Source: a virus
Lineage: Duplodnaviria; Caudoviricetes
DNA: 54,412 nucleotides
Virus record (IMG/VR): IMGVR_UViG_3300025543_000034
Coordinates: 1 to 54,412 of that record
Strand: one strand, 5' to 3'
The notes under the pieces were generated by a model. That model searched no databases. It was not told where the DNA came from and saw only the letters and a list, made by a program, of their open reading frames with translations. A program made the position numbers and the translations under genes. Positions within the stretch are counted from its first letter, which is position 1; every line of letters starts with the position of its first letter. Of the stretch, positions 29,668 to 39,000 are shown in pieces.

Positions 29668-30360
29668 TTATTTCTTATGTTTATACATACTATATGGGCT
29701 TGATCCATATTTTTTACTATATTTTTTTTCTTTCTTTTCAAGTTTGTCTTCTACTCTACCTAGTTTATCCATATCTACTTTTTGACCTTGCTCGTAAGCA
29801 TCATAAAGTTTTTTATGTTTTCCTGAAAGTTTATTTATTTTACCTTTTAGTTTTTTTTTAGGATCACCTTCCATTTTATATGGAGACTTAGATCCACCAC
29901 CACTTGTGCAACCAGATTTTTCTAATGGAGTATCTGGATATACGGTTCTCACCATTGTCGCCCGCTTTGGCTGTTTAGCCGGCATCACTGGAGCAGTTTT
30001 TGCACTTAAACCTTTCATATTACCTTTTGGTTCAGAAGCTTTAGAATCTACTCCATGAACTTGATGCTTTCTTTTATACATTGGCGATCCTTTCATCTCT
30101 AACATAGATTTTGCTTTTTCATAATCACCTCCAGCTTTTTGCATAGCATGACCAAAAGCATTACCATGTAAAGGTCCGTACTTTTCCATAGGTGAACTAT
30201 ACCTTTGTTTAAATGCACTTCCGTTATATTTATAATTTGGACTGTTTGAATCACCCATAGCATTATAACCACCAGACATATCTTTAAACAAGTCTTTTCT
30301 TTCTTGGCCACCACTTACTGAGATGTTTCGGCCTTTTCCTTCGTGTTTATATTTTCCCAT
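29668..30360 (-). CDS. Basic low-complexity protein with repeated SP-hydrophobic motifs
   Basis: SPNYK, SPMEK, SPMYK, TPLEK, SPYKM, SPYSM; Lys-rich. Confidence 0.7.
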   Translation of the reverse strand: MGKYKHEGKGRNISVSGGQERKDLFKDMSGGYNAMGDSNSPNYKYNGSAFKQRYSSPMEKYGPLHGNAFGHAMQKAGGDYEKAKSMLEMKGSPMYKRKHQVHGVDSKASEPKGNMKGLSAKTAPVMPAKQPKRATMVRTVYPDTPLEKSGCTSGGGSKSPYKMEGDPKKKLKGKINKLSGKHKKLYDAYEQGQKVDMDKLGRVEDKLEKKEKKYSKKYGSSPYSMYKHKK

Positions 30361-30362
30361 GA

Positions 30363-30521
30363 CTATGAACTCATATGTTTAGAAATCCAAGAACCGTGTT
30401 TTGAATCAGATTTAGAACCTGCTTGTGCGTTTTCTGCGTAATGTTTTCTTGCACTTTTAGAAAGTGATTGATTGCTAGCTTCTTTTACGTCGTAAGCTAC
30501 TTTTTTACTAATGTTTGGCAT
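30363..30521 (-). CDS. Small basic protein (not in ORF track)
   Basis: MPNISKKVAYDVKEASNQSLSKSARKHYAENAQAGSKSDSKHGSWISKHMSS fills the gap exactly. Confidence 0.7.
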   Translation of the reverse strand: MPNISKKVAYDVKEASNQSLSKSARKHYAENAQAGSKSDSKHGSWISKHMSS

Positions 30522-30538
30522 AATATTGTTTTTTTTAT

Positions 30539-30709
30539 TTATTTTTTAGACATTTTTCTAAAGGTCTTTGCTAAGTTGTATCTTTTACTTCCTGGAGGAC
30601 AAGATGGTCCACCAAATTTAGATCCCGTGCAAACACCTTTTGTACCTCTTTTTTTTATACTTTTAGTTACATCTTGTATCCAACCGGTTTTGTAAAATGG
30701 TTGATTCAT
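30539..30709 (-). CDS. Small basic Cys-containing protein (not in ORF track)
   Basis: MNQPFYKTGWIQDVTKSIKKRGTKGVCTGSKFGGPSCPPGSKRYNLAKTFRKMSKK. Confidence 0.75.
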   Translation of the reverse strand: MNQPFYKTGWIQDVTKSIKKRGTKGVCTGSKFGGPSCPPGSKRYNLAKTFRKMSKK

Positions 30710-30713
30710 GATA

Positions 30714-31232
30714 TTAACTTAATGCAATTAGATCTGTTACACCACCGCTTGTACCAGTTGAATAAACTTGTACAACGCTAACTGGTAATACAAAACCTTG
30801 AGCAGGTTTTACAAATGTTACCACTTCATCGTTTACAGTGTGTACTTTTAAAATAGCCTCTGTATCATAACTATATGTAAGAGTTGCATCAGCAGCTATA
30901 GTGTCAGCTTGTGCTAAAACGTAATTACTAGCATCTGTTACGCTAGCTATTAAAAGACCATCAGCTGGTAAACCAGCACCTGTTACTCTCATACCAACCT
31001 TAATTTGTGGGTTAGGTGATTTTAAACCAACGTTAGCTGAGTTACTTACAGCATTGTTATCGCTAGTTGTTGTTACAGGTAGTGTAGTTGGTGAATTACC
31101 AACATATAAGTTATATTGTTTCCACGAGCTTTGCGGTGTTGTTGATTTTGTTCTGCCGTCCAATAATAATGTATCACTTGGTGTTACAGCTATTCCAGAC
31201 TTATAAGAATCAGTGTAATAATTTCTAATCAT
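30714..31232 (-). CDS. Head spike-base-like protein (RcGTA Rcc01079-like) with inserted beta domain
   Basis: AVTPSDT..LYVG..LKV..VTF..GFVLPVSVVQVYSTGT pattern, interrupted after LYVG by about 70 aa. Confidence 0.55.
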   Translation of the reverse strand: MIRNYYTDSYKSGIAVTPSDTLLLDGRTKSTTPQSSWKQYNLYVGNSPTTLPVTTTSDNNAVSNSANVGLKSPNPQIKVGMRVTGAGLPADGLLIASVTDASNYVLAQADTIAADATLTYSYDTEAILKVHTVNDEVVTFVKPAQGFVLPVSVVQVYSTGTSGGVTDLIALS

Positions 31233-31252
31233 TTTTTTTTATTTTTTTTTAT

Positions 31253-31528
31253 TTAACATTTCCACCTTCTTCTAGCAGCTCTACCTCTTTCACCGGTCCA
31301 GCCTTTTGATCTAGCGCAGAATGATTTTCTTCTTTTAGCAGCTTTGCTTCCTGGTTTAACTTTACCAGTTACTGCAGTTTTTAATTTACTTCCAGGGTTT
31401 TCTCTTCTATATTGTTTAACACCTGTTTTAGTCATACCAGCACCCTCTTCTGTTTTTCTAAAAGTTCTACCTTTGCCTTGGGTAGTTTTTCTCATTTCAA
31501 ATGGACTGCCTGGTAATTTAAATGCCAT
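31253..31528 (-). CDS. Small highly basic protein
   Basis: MAFKLPGSPF start; GSKAAKRRKSFCARSKG..ARRRWKC. Confidence 0.75.
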   Translation of the reverse strand: MAFKLPGSPFEMRKTTQGKGRTFRKTEEGAGMTKTGVKQYRRENPGSKLKTAVTGKVKPGSKAAKRRKSFCARSKGWTGERGRAARRRWKC

Positions 31529-31653
31529 TACTTTTTCTTTTTCTTAGGAACACAGTTAGGTACTTTTCTACCGTTTTTAGTTTTCATACCATAAGCCTCA
31601 TAGCCTTTCCAGCACGGGTTTTTCATCATTTTTTTAAAAAAAGGTGAGTTCAT
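31528..31653 (-). CDS. Small basic CWKGY-motif protein (not in ORF track)
   Basis: MNSPFFKKMMKNPCWKGYEAYGMKTKNGRKVPNCVPKKKKK; overlaps both neighbours by coupling. Confidence 0.75.
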   Translation of the reverse strand: MNSPFFKKMMKNPCWKGYEAYGMKTKNGRKVPNCVPKKKKK

Positions 31654-32114
31654 ATTATTTTGTATTTAGTTTTACCGTTTTCTTTATAAGCTTGTAAACA
31701 TCTTCTTCTGTTAGCATCTTCAGATACGTAACTCACATGTACCCAATTAGGGTTTTCCTCTGTGCCAAATTCCCAAATAATCTGATCGAAATCTAAATTA
31801 TTTTTTATATACTCATACATCTCTGCATTAGTCTTATAACCATAGTTATCATCTAGGTCAAGTGCGCAACCTATACAATGTTGTGAGGTTGTGCTTCCGC
31901 CAATAGCAGAATTTAATTTGGGTGAGCGATAGAAACTATTAATAGCAATTGGACCACCTACCCATTTACGTAGAGGTTCAAACACTTGTTCTGCAATAGT
32001 TTTCATGTTAATTAAATCTATTTCTCTAGGTGTGTTATCAATACCAAGCCTAGTAGCTGTGTGAGATTTAATCCCTTCTTTAAGCGAGATGTGTTCACTT
32101 ATTCTATCACTCAT
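31650..32114 (-). CDS. Peptidase M15-family endolysin
   Basis: INSFYRS..NSAIGG..SQH..ALD (SxHxxxxAxD) and WVHVSY zinc-ligand motifs. Confidence 0.85.
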   Translation of the reverse strand: MSDRISEHISLKEGIKSHTATRLGIDNTPREIDLINMKTIAEQVFEPLRKWVGGPIAINSFYRSPKLNSAIGGSTTSQHCIGCALDLDDNYGYKTNAEMYEYIKNNLDFDQIIWEFGTEENPNWVHVSYVSEDANRRRCLQAYKENGKTKYKII

Positions 32115-32129
32115 TTTAGTGAAATTTTA

Positions 32130-32294
32130 CTATCTTTTAGCAATACTGCTAATTGGTCCTGCTTTATATGGAAGATCTGCTTTTAAAACCTGCATTGGAT
32201 CCATACCATATCTTGGATTACCTTTTTTTAAGTTTGATGGTGTATGAGGTCCACTCCATACCGCATCGCTACCATATTGTCCTTTTTTGCTCAT
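32130..32294 (-). CDS. Small protein (not in ORF track)
   Basis: MSKKGQYGSDAVWSGPHTPSNLKKGNPRYGMDPMQVLKADLPYKAGPISSIAKR. Confidence 0.65.
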   Translation of the reverse strand: MSKKGQYGSDAVWSGPHTPSNLKKGNPRYGMDPMQVLKADLPYKAGPISSIAKR

Positions 32295-32298
32295 AATA

Positions 32299-32913
32299 TT
32301 ATGTTTTATTTACGTCTTTTGCAAAATCTTCAAAATCACTTTCATCAATCATTTCACCCACTTTGTAATCTCTACCTGTATAGTGTTTTGCACCTCTAGG
32401 AAATCTTAATGTATCTTTAGATGATCCTGTTTTCATTTCATCAGAATTAACAACGTATTTACCTTTTTTATCAGACTTAACTCTTCCCATATCTTCTAAA
32501 TCTTGCACGTTTACTCTTTTGTACTTAGGATCGTTTTGGTTTAAAGGTGGATTTTTTTTAGAATATCTTTTTACTTTACCGTATTCTATATCATCACCTT
32601 TTTTATTATATCTACCTTTTTCATAACCATCATAGCTATAATTTTCTTGACCTTGTTCTTTTACACCTTTAGCTCTTTCTCTTCTTGAACTACGTAAAGC
32701 TTTATTAGCCATTCTAATGTTTTTTCTTTCTTGTCTTCTAGCTTCTCTACTTTCTTTGTTCATTATAGGATTCATATCACCATAAGGACCTGGAGGAGGA
32801 ACCGGTTGATCCAATTGCTTGTTAGCCATTTGCTGAGCCATTTCTTCTCCTTGAAAAAGACTTTTACCTAATTCTTGGATTTTTTGATTAGCAAATTTAT
32901 TAGGATTAATCAT
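32299..32913 (-). CDS. Basic low-complexity protein
   Basis: 204 aa, Pro/Gln-rich N-terminus, Arg/Lys-rich middle. Confidence 0.65.
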   Translation of the reverse strand: MINPNKFANQKIQELGKSLFQGEEMAQQMANKQLDQPVPPPGPYGDMNPIMNKESREARRQERKNIRMANKALRSSRRERAKGVKEQGQENYSYDGYEKGRYNKKGDDIEYGKVKRYSKKNPPLNQNDPKYKRVNVQDLEDMGRVKSDKKGKYVVNSDEMKTGSSKDTLRFPRGAKHYTGRDYKVGEMIDESDFEDFAKDVNKT

Positions 32914-32917
32914 ATCT

Positions 32918-33022
32918 TTATTTTTTAGATTTTAAAACTTTGATTTTAGCTTCTAACTTAGCAATCTTTTTGTCAATAGGAGATAATTCTTTTACCTCTA
33001 CTTTTTTTTCTTTTTTTCCCAT
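32918..33022 (-). CDS. 34-aa Lys-rich peptide (not in ORF track)
   Basis: MGKKEKKVEVKELSPIDKKIAKLEAKIKVLKSKK fills the intergenic gap. Confidence 0.55.
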   Translation of the reverse strand: MGKKEKKVEVKELSPIDKKIAKLEAKIKVLKSKK

Positions 33023-33024
33023 GA

Positions 33025-33468
33025 TTATCGGTTTTTATCTTTGTTAACGTTGTTAATGGATGTGATCATTACTTTATCCATATAGGTTTTACCTTTCATT
33101 ATTTTATTACGATGTAAACTTGTAGGTATATCCTCTGTTCCTAGCATAATTCGGTACATACGACTTATTAGTTGTTTACACTTGAAGGAAACTTTATAAA
33201 TATTATACTTTTGGGTTGTGCGATTATGTTTTCTCCAAACCGTTATCCAACCTTCTTTAAGTAATCTGTTCCAGCGTCTATTGTCCCAACTATAAGAATA
33301 CGTACCGATTTTAAAATCTTCTCGTGTAAAAAGATCCATGCAATCGAAATATATTAATAACTCTAAGTCTGCATCATTTAACTCGTAATTTTTACAAGCC
33401 CACTTTCTAATAATTCTATAATGTTTTAAAAGGTTTAACTCTCTTATGTCACTAGGTTCTATTCTCAT
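33025..33468 (-). CDS. Possible winged-helix (MarR-like) DNA-binding protein
   Basis: LNDADLELLIYF..RLLKEGWITVW..YKVSFKCKQL pattern. Confidence 0.45.
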   Translation of the reverse strand: MRIEPSDIRELNLLKHYRIIRKWACKNYELNDADLELLIYFDCMDLFTREDFKIGTYSYSWDNRRWNRLLKEGWITVWRKHNRTTQKYNIYKVSFKCKQLISRMYRIMLGTEDIPTSLHRNKIMKGKTYMDKVMITSINNVNKDKNR

Positions 33469-33725
33469 AAAACAATAACTACATGATCTAGCTTAACTAC
33501 ATTATAGATTTCGTCTTTAACTTCTATTTGATGTGAATTATTTTTATCAAAATAAATAACATCATTTGTTTTTAAACCACCTGCATCAGCTCCCGCTGAT
33601 ACTACAGTTCCTTCAGCATATCTTATATCTTCTCTTTGTTTTTCACCTAATAGTAAACCACCTTGAGTTTTAGATATACCGGCTTTTGATATTTTAACCA
33701 CTAAGTTTTTACCTATTGCTTTCAT
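33465..33725 (-). CDS. groES: Co-chaperonin GroES
   Basis: KTQGGLLL mobile loop, GTVVSAG, DVIYFDK; directly after GroEL. Confidence 0.85.
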   Translation of the reverse strand: MKAIGKNLVVKISKAGISKTQGGLLLGEKQREDIRYAEGTVVSAGADAGGLKTNDVIYFDKNNSHQIEVKDEIYNVVKLDHVVIVL

Positions 33726-35268
33726 CACCTATTCTTAAGTTATTGATTACACAATCAGTTGATAAAATAGTAGTAGCTACAGAAGCTGCATTGTTTAAAG
33801 CACTTTTAGTTACAAGTAAAGGATCAATAATCCCTGACTCAATCATATTTACCATATTTCCTGTAACAACATTTATTCCATATCCTGTAACACTAGGCGT
33901 TTCATATTGTTCTATACCTGCATTATGTAATATGGTCTTAAAAGGCGCCTTAATAGCTTCTAGTAGCGCTTCTTCTGACTTATCACTAGCTTCTATATCA
34001 TTAGCTGCGTTTAACAAAGCGATACCACCACCAGAAACTATACCTTGTTTGATAGCAGCTTTAGTTGCGCATATAGCATCTTCAACTCTAGCTTGTTTTT
34101 CTTGTAGTTCAACCTCTGAATTAGCACCTACTTTTACAATAGCTACTTTAGCTGATAATCTAGCTAATCTTTTTTCTAATTTAACAGTTAAGACAGGATC
34201 AGTACATTCTACTAATTCTTTTTCCATCTTGTTAATCATAGATTTAACCTCTTCAGTTGTTTCTATTAAATGTAAAACTGTTTCATTTTCTTCAGTAACA
34301 CTTTTTTTAATTTCACCTAAATGCTCAGGGCCAATTAAATCAATGTCATCACCTAGGTCTTCGTTTATAATTGTTGCTCCTGTTAACATAGCAAGATCAT
34401 CTAATGTTTCTTTCTTACTTATACCGTATACAGGTGCATCTATTACGTTTACTTTTATATTACCTTTAACTTTATTCATAGCTAAAGCTGATAACACTTG
34501 TTGGCTAACGTCAGCTATAATAAGTAAAGATCTGTTATTTTTAATAGCATGTTCTAAGACATTTTGTATTTTTCTTATGTTTTCTATTTCTGATTCAACT
34601 AATAATACTAATGGCTTATCTAGTTCAGCAGTTTTAGATTCTTTGTTTGTTACAAAATGTATATTCTTTAATCCTCTATTATAAGGAACACCATCAACTA
34701 ATTCAAATGTAGTTTCTGGTAATTCTGTTGGTTCTAACACAACAACCCCGTTTTTACCTACAGATCGAAATGCATCAGCTATAATTTTACCAAGCTCTGG
34801 ATCGTTGTTTGTAGATATAGTTGCAACTTGATCTATCATATCTCCTTTAACAGGTATAGAGTTTTCTTTTAAATGATCAATTACTTTTTGTGTTGTTGAT
34901 AAAATACCTTGTTTTATTTCTCTGGATGTAAACTTTTTTTCTAGTTTATAAGCTTCTTCTAGTATTGAATGAGCTAATACTGTAGCTGTTGTAGTTCCAT
35001 CTCCAGCTTCTTTAACAGTTTTTCTTGCAGCTTCTTTTAATAAAGTCGCACCCATGTTTTCTACTGGATCTAAAAGTATAACTGATTCTGCTACTGTTAC
35101 ACCATCTTTTGTAATAATTGGTTTGCCTGTTGTATCTTCTAAAATAACACACTTACCGCTAGCCCCTAATGTGGAGCTAACAGCTTGTGTAAGTTTCGTA
35201 ATACCAGCAAACACATTGTTTTTAGCATCCGAACCAAAGTTCAGATTTTTTACAATTGCATTTGACAT
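33709..35268 (-). CDS. groEL: Phage chaperonin GroEL
   Basis: ITKDGVTVA, AGDGTTTATVLA, VEDAICAT, GIVSGGG, GIIDP motifs; no GGM tail. Confidence 0.95.
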   Translation of the reverse strand: MSNAIVKNLNFGSDAKNNVFAGITKLTQAVSSTLGASGKCVILEDTTGKPIITKDGVTVAESVILLDPVENMGATLLKEAARKTVKEAGDGTTTATVLAHSILEEAYKLEKKFTSREIKQGILSTTQKVIDHLKENSIPVKGDMIDQVATISTNNDPELGKIIADAFRSVGKNGVVVLEPTELPETTFELVDGVPYNRGLKNIHFVTNKESKTAELDKPLVLLVESEIENIRKIQNVLEHAIKNNRSLLIIADVSQQVLSALAMNKVKGNIKVNVIDAPVYGISKKETLDDLAMLTGATIINEDLGDDIDLIGPEHLGEIKKSVTEENETVLHLIETTEEVKSMINKMEKELVECTDPVLTVKLEKRLARLSAKVAIVKVGANSEVELQEKQARVEDAICATKAAIKQGIVSGGGIALLNAANDIEASDKSEEALLEAIKAPFKTILHNAGIEQYETPSVTGYGINVVTGNMVNMIESGIIDPLLVTKSALNNAASVATTILSTDCVINNLRIGDESNR

Positions 35269-35297
35269 AATTTAATTTAATTTAATTTGATTTAGTA

Positions 35298-35618
35298 TTA
35301 TTTGAATGTTTTGACAACTTTAGGTCCTTTGATAAAGTCCACTTTCTTTTGATAGTGATCAACACTACCGTCGATAGCAGCTTCAGCAGATTCTAAAGTT
35401 TCACGTCTAGTTACATCGAACCATCTGTCGCAACATTCGTCTTCGTTACAATCACAGCTGGGGTCTTTGTACTCGGTTTGAAAATAACCATTAGGTAACT
35501 GAACTATTCTCCAGTTTTTCTTTTCAGCTAAATGCTTCCAAGCTTTAATAGTTTCTTCTGAAATTTGTGGTGTTTTGGGTTGACCCATTGAAGAGGTCAA
35601 CGAATAAAAATAAGTCAT
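35298..35618 (-). CDS. Hypothetical protein with Cys cluster
   Basis: 106 aa; WRIVQLPNGYFQTE..CDCNEDECC..DVTRRET. Confidence 0.7.
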   Translation of the reverse strand: MTYFYSLTSSMGQPKTPQISEETIKAWKHLAEKKNWRIVQLPNGYFQTEYKDPSCDCNEDECCDRWFDVTRRETLESAEAAIDGSVDHYQKKVDFIKGPKVVKTFK

Positions 35619-35656
35619 CGTTTTTTGGTTTTAAGGGTTAAACATTATTTTTGGTT

Positions 35657-35679
35657 TATATCACTACCACAGTGATATA
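35657..35679 (-). other. Perfect 9-bp stem-loop in the chaperonin operon leader
   Basis: TATATCACT-ACCAC-AGTGATATA. Confidence 0.6.
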
Positions 35680-35689
35680 GGTTTAGTTA

Positions 35690-35718
35690 TACTATCACTT
35701 GTTTTTTACAAAACTTAC
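35690..35718 (-). promoter_or_regulatory. Putative late promoter
   Basis: GTAA-N16-GTGATAGTA. Confidence 0.55.
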
Positions 35719-35719
35719 A

Positions 35720-36079
35720 CTACTCAGCTGGTGGTGGTGTTGGGTTTTGCCATGTAAAGTATAAATCTTCATTTACAGGTGTAATTTGTTTTGCTATTTG
35801 TGCTTCAATACTAGCTGCCATTGAAGCTACATCTAACGCATCTTCAAGCCATCCTATTACTACATTTTCAAAAGCTTCAGTATTTTCATAAGGTGTAAAA
35901 GGTTCACCAGCCACATAAGTAAAGCTTTGAGCACCTATTTGTGATGCGCTGTAAGTTTGCCCTCCAGATTCTTCAGAACCTGAGTAAGTCCAATGCACTG
36001 TGTATATCACGTTATCCTCACCTTCAGATTGGATATGTGCATTCATTTGGTTAATCGTCCATTTGTAAGTAATTGCCAT
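35720..36079 (-). CDS. Tail-fibre-associated small protein (assembly chaperone-like)
   Basis: MAITYKWTI..VHW..FTPYE..VIGWL..TW; follows the fibre genes. Confidence 0.55.
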   Translation of the reverse strand: MAITYKWTINQMNAHIQSEGEDNVIYTVHWTYSGSEESGGQTYSASQIGAQSFTYVAGEPFTPYENTEAFENVVIGWLEDALDVASMAASIEAQIAKQITPVNEDLYFTWQNPTPPPAE

Positions 36080-36083
36080 AGTT

Positions 36084-39000
36084 TTAATTTTCTAATTGTT
36101 CTATTCTTAATTTTAAATTATCTATTATCTCTTGTTGTTCTTGCATAGCTTTTACAAGCATTGGAACTAAAACAGAGTATTTTACAGATTTATATACTTC
36201 ACCTTCTGGTCCATTTTCTATATCAGGTTGTTTATCTTCATCAACTAAACCAGGAAAAACATCTTCTACTTCTTGTGCTATTAAACCTATTTGTTTTAAA
36301 TTATCACCTCTAAAATTAAAGTTTTTAACTCTTAATTTTTTAATATCTTCTAGTTTTGGGGTAGCATCAACAACGTTTTCTTTTAATCTTATATCTGACA
36401 ATTGACCATAGCTGTTATTAAGGTTATTTATATTACCATTACCGTATATAATAATTGTATTTACGCTATTAGCTTGGTTAACCATCCAATACCAATTAGT
36501 TGCTGCGGTTTTAGAGGTATACATTAACATTTGCTCTACAGTTGTATTAGAATGTCCTTGTAATTTAAAAGGAACACCATTACTGGCTGTAGCTGTTAAA
36601 TGTAATGTGGCACTTGGAGACGCGTTATTTATACCAACTTCACCATTTGACTCAATATAAACTCTTCCTGAGCCATTAGTTCCTAATGTCATTTTGTTAT
36701 TACTGTGATCATAATCCACATAACCACCTAACCCATTTTCGTCTTCAAAATGAAAATGACCAACTGTTGAAGAGCTAGAGTTTAATATTAAATCAGAAGT
36801 ACCAGAAGTTGTCCCACATATTAAATTACCTGAAACCTGCAGTTTAGCATTAGGACTTGTCACACCTATTCCAACATCCCCATTTTGATCAATAGTTAAT
36901 CTTTGTTGAGGACTAGAACCTATACTGTTGCTAGAAGTAAAAAATTTTAATATACCACCACCACTAGATCCTTGACCGGGTCCTTGTGCTACTGAAGCTA
37001 TTATTTGAGAACTACAATATCCGTTTGTTGAGTCATCTTTTCCAACAAATTGAATAACTCCTAAATCATCACCTGCTGATATAACCGTTTCTTGATTTAC
37101 AAAAGTAGCAACCCCGGCAAAACCTCCTAAACCACTACTCATAAAACCTCCTATAACAAGATCACCATTACCATTAGCCCAATTAGTAGGAGAATATCCA
37201 TATGTTGGCTTATTTAATAATGTACTTTTTATAGATATAGAACCTGTATTTGTAGAACCAACTGATGAATTACCACTTGCAAATATTCTTCCGTTAACTT
37301 CTAACTCTCTACTAGGACTCGATGTTTGAATACCTAAACGCTTGTTGCTGTTGTCCCAATAAAAATCATTATCACCTGAAATATTGGTAGAGCTTGTCCA
37401 AAATGAAGCTTGACCAGCAGCACCTGTTCCTGTAACCGTTCCAGTGTTATTTGTAAAAGGTAAATCAGAAACATTAGCTCTAGATATTATTTCTTGATTA
37501 CTCGTTCCTAAATAAATAATTTCACCTTGTGTTGGCACTGTTGTTCCTCTATCATCTGCTGGACCATTTTTTATAAAGTTATTACTACCACTATAACTTA
37601 TATAATTTATATCAGCATTTATTTGAGTTGCTGGATTACCACTAAAATTAATTCCATTACCCGCTGTATATGTTGTATTATTATCTGTCCAAGGAACATT
37701 GACAAACATTTTTTCACTACTCAACTCAACAGGGTAATTTTTTCCGTTTTCAGAATAACCTATTTGGACGCCTCCTCTAGTTCCATTAGCAGCTAAAGGT
37801 AATGAGTAAACTGTATCAGGTGATGTTAGTGTCATTACAAATGGATCACTTGTACTGCCCACACCTGTAAGGTTTGTGCTTAACGCACCTGTTGCTGTTA
37901 CAAATTTTAAATATTTTGCGTCGTTAATAGTTTTATCATCATCACCAGAATCTCTTACATACCATTTTGTATTTTCTTGAGTATTTTCATATTCAGGTAT
38001 ATTTAAAACACCTGCGCTAAGCGTTGAAGCCCCTGAAGTTCCTGTTGTTGTTAAACTTGTTACAAGACCATCTCCAGTTCCAGCACCAATTTTTGTTCTA
38101 ATAGTCGCAGCTGTTACATTTGCGTTTCCAAACGACATATTTCCCTGCGCATCATCTACTATTATAGCTGGTAAACCTGTATCACTTATTGCTGTACTTG
38201 CTATTGTTATCGTGCCATTATTACCAGATATTGATATATCATTACCATCAGCAAAAGTAACTGTACTAGTAGAACTATCACTACCTGTTAAAGTTATTAC
38301 TTTAGTATTACCACTTCCTATAGTATATGTTGTATTATCATTATCTGAATAGCTAGGCACGTCCCACGTATTGTCTTTGCTTAAAAATCTTGTAGATGTA
38401 CTAGAAGTTCCATCAACAGCTGATAAATCTATAGTACCCATTGTTACAGCTCCTGTGGCTGTTGAATTTTCAGTAGCTGAAATATAAGTTCCATTAGTAT
38501 TTGTAAAAGTTTCTACACCTTGGTTGTCAGGTGGAGTAGCCCAAGTACCATCACCTTTTAAAAATTTAACATTATCCGCAGCTGCGGGAGCAGGCACTAA
38601 ACCTGATGTACCCGCGTTTGTACCATCAGCACCTGTAAACGCACTATATGTTGTTTCATTTACCCACGTGGCATCTCCTCTTAAAAATTTACCTTCTGCA
38701 CCAGCTGGTGGGGCTACAACTAAACCGCTTGTTCCAGCCGTATTAGCACTAGCTCCTGTAAAATTACTATATGTTGTGTTTGTATCTGGCGATGTCAATG
38801 TCATTACAAAATTACCAGCACTAGGTTCTGTTAATACTGTACCTAAAGGTCCTGTCGCAGTTACAAATTGTATTGTTTCTCCACTATCAACTACACTTGA
38901 AGCTGGATTTGTCGCATTGTCTTTTATAGTCCAATTATATGTTCCACCACTTGACCAAGGCACGTTAACAACCAATTGATCACTAGCATTTTTTGTTACA

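Noticed and set aside
30099-30314. Same-strand alternative-frame ORFs here and at 1130-1312
   Set aside because: Short, explained by the low-complexity host genes, with no independent signal
33716-34684. 322-aa plus-strand ORF antisense to groEL, and the many other plus-strand ORFs between 889 and 52295
   Set aside because: Antisense shadows of codon-biased minus-strand genes; Ser/Leu/Phe-rich with no recognisable motifs
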